A DNA stretch of 19,913 bases from Gemmatimonadota bacterium (GTDB lineage: Bacteria > Gemmatimonadota > Gemmatimonadetes > Gemmatimonadales > GWC2-71-9), in assembly GCA_036679605.1 (NCBI GenBank), contig JAZDCZ010000311.1:1-19913 (forward strand), read 5' to 3'. The notes under the pieces were generated by a model that worked only from the letters and a program-made list of their open reading frames with translations, made no database searches and was not told where the DNA came from. A program made the translations under genes and the position numbers. Below are positions 14,067 through 19,913 of this stretch, one piece after another; position 1 is the first letter of the stretch; each line of letters starts with the position of its first letter.

Positions 14067-16283
14067 ATGGATGCCACCGCGAACACAGACGGGCCAGGTA
14101 GCAGGCCGCGCGCGGCGTCGTATCGAGTTCTATCATCTCGTAGCTACTCGAGTGCACAGGGGGGGCGCGTACTCAGAGCGGCATACGTTGTCGCGTGGTT
14201 GACGATCGCCGGCTTTATCGGCTGGAGCGTCAATCTTCTGATTACCATTCAACAGGTCGCCGCCGAGGCCGGTGAGCTGCACGCAACACGAACCGACTTG
14301 GCCGCTTTGGCGCGCGCGTGGCACGACCTCAACCGTCCGGGCAACGACGTGTTGGAAAGCTATGCCGTAGATCCGCAACGGGTCGCCCTTGCCAAGTACC
14401 TCACGAGTTACCGCGTGGCCCGATCTTTGTTAGCGCGCCACGAGGCAAATGACCTCGTCGCGGCCACGCTGTTGAGTCCCCTGGACGATCATCAGGCCGA
14501 TCTGACCGATCTCGCTCGGCGTGTACTGTTGCTGGCCGGGGAGCGTGAAAAGCTACGGATTAGGAACGCGCCGGCAGCCGTGGTGCGCGCCAAGGAGACA
14601 CAGGCGGCGAGCACGATGGCGCGTATGGATCGCTCCTTTCAGGGCGGCCTCGAACTCATAGATACCGTCTCGGCGTCGTTGCGCGCCAGAGCGCAAGATC
14701 TTCGCGACATACAGCAAGCGAACTTCAGCGGTCTCTATTTGATGCTCTTGGTTACCCTTGTGGCCTCGGCACTGAGCATCGAGTTGGTGCGGCGAACCGT
14801 CCGTCAACGCGAGACGATTAGCGAAGCGGCCGATCGGATCAGCGGAATCCTCGACAACATTGCCGATGGCATAGTTACCACCACCGAAGACGGAAAGGTC
14901 GAGTCCTGCAACCCGACGGCCGAGAGGATATTTTGCCGCAGCGAGGACGAGTTGGTCGGCAGACCGTTTGCTGCTCTCATGCAAGCCGACTGCGAGCGGG
15001 GTTACCGTCTCTATCGCGCAGGTTTAGATTTTTCTGCGAAGCCACCACAGAGATGTGCCGCATACGAGGCCGTAGGCCGGCGGGCCGGCGGCTCCACTTT
15101 TCCGATGGAGTTGGTCGTCAGCCGTGTTCGTCGCGCTGACCGTACACGTGTTATCCATGTCGTACGCGACATCGGGGATCGCCTGTCTACCGAGCGAAAA
15201 CTGAGACAGGCGGCCAGCATATTCGAGTACGCTACTGAGGGAATCGTGGTGACCGATGACAGGGGCGCGGTTCAGGCCGTCAATCCGGCATACAGCGAAA
15301 TTACCAGGTATACGGCCGGTGAGTTAGCGGAAAAAAGCCTACGCATCCTGCGTTCGGATCGCCACGACGACGCTTTTTACCAGGGCCTGATGCAGACGCT
15401 GAAAGATTCCGGCCACTGGGAAGGCGAGATCTGGAATCGACGCAAAGACGGGGAAACCCGGCCGCACTGGCTCAACATACGGGCCATAGCTGATGTGCAA
15501 GGTCGAGTAACCAATTACGTTGGCGTTACATGGGATATCACCGCAATCAAAGCATCCGACCGCATGAAGGACGAGTTCCTCGCGAGCGTAAGCCACGAGC
15601 TGCGTAATCCCTTGACTGCTATCCATGGTGCACTGAGCCTCATCAGCGGTGGAGTCGCCGGCAAGGTTCCGGACAAAGCCAGCGAGTTGGCCGACATTGC
15701 TCTGAGCAACTGCGAACGGCTGGCAGCGCTGATCGCCGACATCCTCGACATCGGCAAGCTGGAGGCCGGCAAGGTGAGATTCAAAAAGCGGCCAATCGAA
15801 CTAGCGCCCCTGATAGAGCAGGCGGTGCGCACCAACTACTCCTACGCAGAGCAGTTCAATGTCGTTTTTGAGACCGAGTCACTGCTCGCCGGGGTCAACG
15901 TCATGGGCGATCGCGACAGGATCCTACAGGTCCTGGCCAATTTGATGTCGAACGCTGCCAAATTCACTCCCGCCGGTGACCGCGTCGTCTTGTCTATGCG
16001 CAGGCACGGTTCGAAGATTCGCGTTTCGGTTACCGATCATGGTTCGGGGATTTCTGAGCAATTTCGTCCGCACGTGTTCCGAAAATTCGCCCAGGCCGAC
16101 GTATCCGATTCACGCCGCAACGGAGGCAATGGCCTCGGTCTCAATATATCAAAAACTATTATCGAGCAGCTCGGTGGATCGATGGGCTTCGAGTCGCGAC
16201 CCTGTGTTGAAACGACATTCTATTTCGATCTGCCGGAGCTTTCGGCAGCGAATCGTGCCAAGGCGATCCCATGTGCAGCGTAG
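14067..16283 (+). CDS. Membrane sensor histidine kinase with two PAS domains
   Basis: Two TM segments flank a helical extracytoplasmic domain; two PAS/PAC domains; H-box SHELRNPL, N-box NLMSNAAKF, G1 DHGSGI, G2 GNGLGL. Start uncertain. Confidence 0.95.
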   Translation: MDATANTDGPGSRPRAASYRVLSSRSYSSAQGGRVLRAAYVVAWLTIAGFIGWSVNLLITIQQVAAEAGELHATRTDLAALARAWHDLNRPGNDVLESYAVDPQRVALAKYLTSYRVARSLLARHEANDLVAATLLSPLDDHQADLTDLARRVLLLAGEREKLRIRNAPAAVVRAKETQAASTMARMDRSFQGGLELIDTVSASLRARAQDLRDIQQANFSGLYLMLLVTLVASALSIELVRRTVRQRETISEAADRISGILDNIADGIVTTTEDGKVESCNPTAERIFCRSEDELVGRPFAALMQADCERGYRLYRAGLDFSAKPPQRCAAYEAVGRRAGGSTFPMELVVSRVRRADRTRVIHVVRDIGDRLSTERKLRQAASIFEYATEGIVVTDDRGAVQAVNPAYSEITRYTAGELAEKSLRILRSDRHDDAFYQGLMQTLKDSGHWEGEIWNRRKDGETRPHWLNIRAIADVQGRVTNYVGVTWDITAIKASDRMKDEFLASVSHELRNPLTAIHGALSLISGGVAGKVPDKASELADIALSNCERLAALIADILDIGKLEAGKVRFKKRPIELAPLIEQAVRTNYSYAEQFNVVFETESLLAGVNVMGDRDRILQVLANLMSNAAKFTPAGDRVVLSMRRHGSKIRVSVTDHGSGISEQFRPHVFRKFAQADVSDSRRNGGNGLGLNISKTIIEQLGGSMGFESRPCVETTFYFDLPELSAANRAKAIPCAA

Positions 16284-16657
16284 ATTTGAAGCGTGTTCTA
16301 TATATCGAGGACGACGTAGCTATCCGCGCGATCGTTAGCCTCGCGTTGCAATCTCTGGGGGGCATGTCGGTCCGAGCCTACGCCACAGCGACCGAAGCGC
16401 TCGCTATGGTAAAGAGTTTCGATCCACACATGATCTTGCTCGACGCGATGATGCCGGACATGGATGGCGCTGAAACGCTGCGCGTATTGCGCAAGCTGCC
16501 GCAGACAGAGGATACCCCCGTAGTGTTCATAACCGCGAAGCTACCGCCGGAGGGCAGCTCATACTTTCAACGCCTCGGTGCGCAAGCGGTGATCTTCAAA
16601 CCATTCGACCCGATGCAACTTCCGGCAAGACTCCAGAGAATTTGGGATGAAGTGTGA
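16271..16657 (+). CDS. Single-domain response regulator (CheY-like receiver)
   Basis: VLYIEDD, ILLDAMMPDMDG, FITAK, KPF; overlaps the end of the kinase gene. Confidence 0.95.
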   Translation: MCSVDLKRVLYIEDDVAIRAIVSLALQSLGGMSVRAYATATEALAMVKSFDPHMILLDAMMPDMDGAETLRVLRKLPQTEDTPVVFITAKLPPEGSSYFQRLGAQAVIFKPFDPMQLPARLQRIWDEV

Positions 16658-17022
16658 TGACACGTAACTCGTCGGGCCTGCTCGAACAGTTCCACGCTCT
16701 CTGCGAGCGATACGCGGAGGGGCTTCCGCAGCGCGTATCGATTATCGAGGCTGTCTGGTCGCGGCTTGCGCTGGCAAGTTCGGACGAAACCACACGGGAC
16801 ACCCTCCGCCGTTTGGTGCACACGCTGAAAGGCTCAGGAGGGACATTCGGATTTCCTTCAATAACGGCGGCCGCGACGACGCTCGAGAACTCACTGGCGC
16901 GCGGCACCCTTGAGAGCGCCGCAACCAGCGCTTACCAGTGGAGAGAGGTTGCGCGGCACATCAGCGAACTGCGTCGTGTCGCAGAGGATGTGGGCCGCTG
17001 CTGCGCACCAACCCAAGCTTAA
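16654..17022 (+). CDS. Stand-alone Hpt (histidine phosphotransfer) protein
   Basis: 'LRRLVHTLKGSGGTFGFPSITAAATTLE'; GTGA overlap with the receiver gene. Confidence 0.93.
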   Translation: MMTRNSSGLLEQFHALCERYAEGLPQRVSIIEAVWSRLALASSDETTRDTLRRLVHTLKGSGGTFGFPSITAAATTLENSLARGTLESAATSAYQWREVARHISELRRVAEDVGRCCAPTQA

Positions 17023-17027
17023 AACCG

Positions 17028-17690
17028 ATGACCGTTCTCCTGGTTGAAGACGACACCGATATCCTCGAGTTGCTGCAGGTCTATTTCGAAACCAAGGGGT
17101 ACGACGTGCTCACCTCAAAGGACGGCGTCGACGCGTTGCAGAAAATAGAAAGCGCGACGCCGGGGCTTATACTTCTCGACATCGGTCTGCCCCGGCTCAA
17201 CGGCTTGAGCGTTCTCGAGGCCGTTCGCATTCGGAGTCGCGTGCCGATCATCCTGCTCTCTGCTCTCGACGGTGTCGACGATGTGGTCAAAGGTTTGACC
17301 TCCGGGGCCGACGACTATCTCGTCAAGCCCTTCGAGATCCGCGAACTCGATGCTCGCATCGATGCGGTCATGAGACGCATCCGGCCTCCTCGCGACACGG
17401 CAGTGCTGCAAGTGGGCTCGATCGAAATCGACGATCGAGCCAAGCTGGTGCGAGTGGATGGCAAGACCGCTGAGCTGAGCCCGAAGGAGTACCAGTTGTT
17501 GCTTCTGCTGGCGAGCGATGCCGGCAGGGTTTTCTCTAACGACGAGATCCTCGAGAAGATTTGGCCGCGGGCTAGCCATGCTCTCGCGACCGACGTGAAG
17601 CAGTACGTCTACCGGCTACGCAACAAGATCGAGCCGGCGGGCGGACATATCAAGACAGTTGCCGGCTTCGGCTATCTGCTTGCCAATTGA
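17028..17690 (+). CDS. OmpR/PhoB-family response regulator
   Basis: MTVLLVEDD, ILLDIGLP, GADDYLVKPF, and a winged helix 'LSPKEYQLL...VKQYVYRLRNKIE...IKTVAGFGY'. ATG 17028 lies 5 nt after the Hpt stop. Confidence 0.96.
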   Translation: MTVLLVEDDTDILELLQVYFETKGYDVLTSKDGVDALQKIESATPGLILLDIGLPRLNGLSVLEAVRIRSRVPIILLSALDGVDDVVKGLTSGADDYLVKPFEIRELDARIDAVMRRIRPPRDTAVLQVGSIEIDDRAKLVRVDGKTAELSPKEYQLLLLLASDAGRVFSNDEILEKIWPRASHALATDVKQYVYRLRNKIEPAGGHIKTVAGFGYLLAN

Positions 17691-17730
17691 CGGCTTCCGC
17701 TTAGGCGCGCGCGCCGGCCTTGCAACCGGT

Positions 17731-17782
17731 CGTTGACCTCGCGTCTACTTTCCGTTGACCCCGTCTTGAGTCTTTATCGACC
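17731..17782 (+). promoter_or_regulatory. Five degenerate direct repeats at exact 11-bp period; candidate OmpR-family operator
   Basis: CGTTGACC (17731), CGTCTACT (17742), CGTTGACC (17753), TCTTGAGT (17764), TATCGACC (17775). Confidence 0.6.
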
Positions 17783-17894
17783 GCAAGGCCATGGGACTCA
17801 GGCCGAACTCGTGGCCTAATTGATACAAACAATGGCATGGTCTCCCGGCGCGCTTCGACCGATCGGCGTCGGGACTACCAAGCGAGGAGATACT

Positions 17895-19025
17895 ATGGAT
17901 ACTTTGACTACACCCGCAACGAGTAACAGAGGAAAATTGCAATGGCTTTCTGCACTGTCGGCGTGCGCAGTGCTGCTTTGCGCAAGCGCAGGTCTGGCCC
18001 ACGGCGCCGGTCAGGTCCTGGTGAAGGGACAGAGCAAGATCGACGGCGTCCCTGTCTTCGATCGTGCAGGTGTCCAAGTTGCCACCAAGCGCGTAAACGT
18101 TCTGTGGGCCTACTCGGACACGGACAAGGACGGACAGTTCATCTGGGGCGGCCAGCCGCTGGTCGGCGACGACTTCCGGATCGTCAATCGTACGATCTAC
18201 ACCTTCACTTCCGACTTCGTTCCCGATCCTGCGTGGAACGGACAGATGGCTACGTTCCACTGGGGCCCTTTGCATCCGGTGACCGGACTGTACCAACCGT
18301 CGGTCTTCCGCGGTGTGCGCTACGACGACTTCATCGTGGGCTTGCCGGTGCCAGGAGACTACTCGGTTACTATGGGCATGGACGGCCTGCCGGTACCGGG
18401 TCTCTCTTTGACCGGCAGCATTTTCGTCGATGCTGGCGACTGGGATCCCGCGCTCGGTCCGACACCGCTGGCCGAGCCACGCTGGGGCATGCGCTACATT
18501 CTGAGTTTTGCACCGGGCACGCCGCGTGTAATTCCCGCCGGAACAGTGATGTTCATGGACGCACAGCTCGACATGCAGAATCTTGCTCCAGATACCTGCG
18601 AGAACGGATGGTCCGAGGAAGACTGGATTACCACGGGCGGAGCGCTGGGGTTTGTCCAGTTCGGGCCCAACACGGCCGATCCCGCCAGTCTCCTCCAGTA
18701 CCCGACTCTCCAGCCACCGCCGCTACTGTTCGTGCCGGCAGGACATCTGTGTGGGGTACCACTGCCAGTGTGCGGCGACGGCACGTGCACAACCTCCGAG
18801 AGTCAGTGCAACTGCGCAGCCGACTGCGGTACACCGCCACTGTTAGAGACGCTGTGTGCCGACGGGTTGGATAACGACTGCGACGGATTCATCGATTGCA
18901 GCGATGCCGACTGCGCCGCAGCGCCCGTGTGTGTGTGTATAGCCGATGGCAACGCCTGCACTGCGGACGCAGACTGTTGCGGCGGACGATGTCGGGCAAG
19001 AAAGGCGGGTATCATCTGCGACTGA
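17895..19025 (+). CDS. Secreted beta-rich protein with C-terminal Cys-rich repeats
   Basis: GAGGAG RBS before ATG 17895; signal peptide ending AGLAHG; tail 'CGDGTC...CAADC', 'CADGLDNDCDGFIDCSDADC', 'CTADADCCGGRC'. Confidence 0.85.
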   Translation: MDTLTTPATSNRGKLQWLSALSACAVLLCASAGLAHGAGQVLVKGQSKIDGVPVFDRAGVQVATKRVNVLWAYSDTDKDGQFIWGGQPLVGDDFRIVNRTIYTFTSDFVPDPAWNGQMATFHWGPLHPVTGLYQPSVFRGVRYDDFIVGLPVPGDYSVTMGMDGLPVPGLSLTGSIFVDAGDWDPALGPTPLAEPRWGMRYILSFAPGTPRVIPAGTVMFMDAQLDMQNLAPDTCENGWSEEDWITTGGALGFVQFGPNTADPASLLQYPTLQPPPLLFVPAGHLCGVPLPVCGDGTCTTSESQCNCAADCGTPPLLETLCADGLDNDCDGFIDCSDADCAAAPVCVCIADGNACTADADCCGGRCRARKAGIICD

Positions 19026-19056
19026 CGCACCATGTGTCGACTTACCCGGACTGTTT

Positions 19057-19087
19057 CTCGGGCGCGTCCCCAGCGGGCGCGCCCGAG
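19057..19087. terminator. Strong GC hairpin after the secreted-protein gene (no U-tract)
   Basis: CTCGGGCGCG (19057-19066) pairs perfectly with CGCGCCCGAG (19078-19087); three more pairs close a 5-nt loop. Confidence 0.45.
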
Positions 19088-19133
19088 CGTCATCGCACTA
19101 CCGAAACAGCACGCCCGATGTCTTGACACGCTC

Positions 19134-19334
19134 GACACCGGCTATCTCGTCGGCGACGCCCTGACCCAGGCTGACGTCGCCGTCTGGGACACTCTCGATG
19201 CGATCAAGACATGGATCGAAGGCGCCGACTTCGGCGCCTTCGGGCGCGTCGAGAAGTTCTACGAGTCGATCAAAGCCCGCCCGGCGATCGCCGAGTACCT
19301 GGCATCGGACCGGCGCATAGAGAAGAAAACCTAG
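19134..19334 (+). pseudogene. Glutathione S-transferase C-terminal fragment (5'-truncated)
   Basis: 'GYLVGDALTQADVAVWDTLD...FYESIKARPAIAEYLAS' carries the GST-C N-capping box (TxAD) and the RP motif. The N-terminal thioredoxin domain is absent. Confidence 0.8.
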
Positions 19335-19345
19335 ACGACCCCGCC

Positions 19346-19913
19346 TCACTTACACGGCAGGAACCGGATCGTCGTTTTCATTTCCTCCAGCACCTGCGCC
19401 AGCGCCGCTAACGTCGCGTCGATATCGTCCCCCGTCGTGTCGTGAGAGAGGGAGAGCCGCACGGCGCAGTGGGCATCCTTGGCGCTGCGGCCCATGGCCA
19501 GCAACACGTGCGTGGGGTCCGGCGACCCGGACTTGCACGCCGACCCAGAGGAAAGCGAGATGCCGTGCTGGTCCATCGCGACGACGAGGCTCTCGCCCCT
19601 CAGTTCCGGCAGCGTCAGGTTCAAGGTGTTTGGAAGCCGCTCCTTAGGGTGTCCGTTGAGTCGCGCCTTGGGCACCAGGCGGCGAATGCCGCTCTCCAAC
19701 CGGTCCCGCAGTGCCTGCATCTCTTCGCCGTTGCGCGCAGTGTGCCGCGCTAGCTCCGCCGCCTTCCCGAAACCCACGATCGCCGGGACCGCCTCGGTAC
19801 CGGCGGCCAGCCCTTCCTCCTGGTTCCCACCGTGCACTAGCGGCTCGAGCTTCACACCTTTTCTTCTATAGAGAGCACCGACACCCTTCGGTGCGTGCAG
19901 CTTGTGGGCCGAG
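19346..19913 (-). CDS. iscS: Group I cysteine desulfurase (IscS/NifS family), 3' part
   Basis: The frame is open from the window edge: SAHKLHAPKGVGALY (PLP lysine), HGGNQE, AGTEAV, RLPNTLN, SSGSACKS (catalytic Cys), VRLSL. Confidence 0.93.
   Translation of the reverse strand, partial: SAHKLHAPKGVGALYRRKGVKLEPLVHGGNQEEGLAAGTEAVPAIVGFGKAAELARHTARNGEEMQALRDRLESGIRRLVPKARLNGHPKERLPNTLNLTLPELRGESLVVAMDQHGISLSSGSACKSGSPDPTHVLLAMGRSAKDAHCAVRLSLSHDTTGDDIDATLAALAQVLEEMKTTIRFLPCK

Noticed and set aside
17942..18874. 310-aa alternative-frame ORF overlapping the secreted protein gene
   Set aside because: Arg-rich and motif-free; a typical frame shadow of a GC-rich gene.
1..19913. CRISPR array, cas genes, tRNA or rRNA
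   Set aside because: No repeat-spacer periodicity, cas motifs, SAVED/CARF domain or structured RNA gene was seen, so the Lon/anti-sigma/sigma module is not CRISPR-linked within this window.

Overview
GC-rich bacterial accessory region. The Cys-rich secreted-protein repeats suggest a Candidatus Binatia-like or deltaproteobacterial host (inference). From left to right it contains: (1) the left end of an IS5-family element; (2) an internally deleted fatty-acid desaturase/CrtR-like gene; (3) a PAS-LuxR regulator with tandem 7-2-7 boxes upstream of two secreted c-type cytochrome genes; (4) decayed integron cassettes: a ParE/RelE-like toxin-antitoxin pair between complementary core sites, a trypsin-like protease pseudogene with a clear attC, and a truncated next cassette; (5) a tightly coupled five-gene minus-strand operon at 8122-13328; (6) IS21 and IS481 scraps; (7) a split HK-REC-Hpt-OmpR phosphorelay with an 11-bp-periodic repeat array ahead of a secreted Cys-rich protein; (8) a GST fragment and the 3' part of a cysteine desulfurase. 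The best candidate for an undescribed system is the five-gene operon. It encodes a small membrane protein, a membrane-anchored PspA-like coiled coil, a sigma-factor-like HTH protein, a soluble anti-sigma-like protein with an LRAAA motif, and a Swt1-like HEPN / Lon-type protease / TM / DegP-type PDZ fusion. All family calls are motif recognition by eye; no searches were run.
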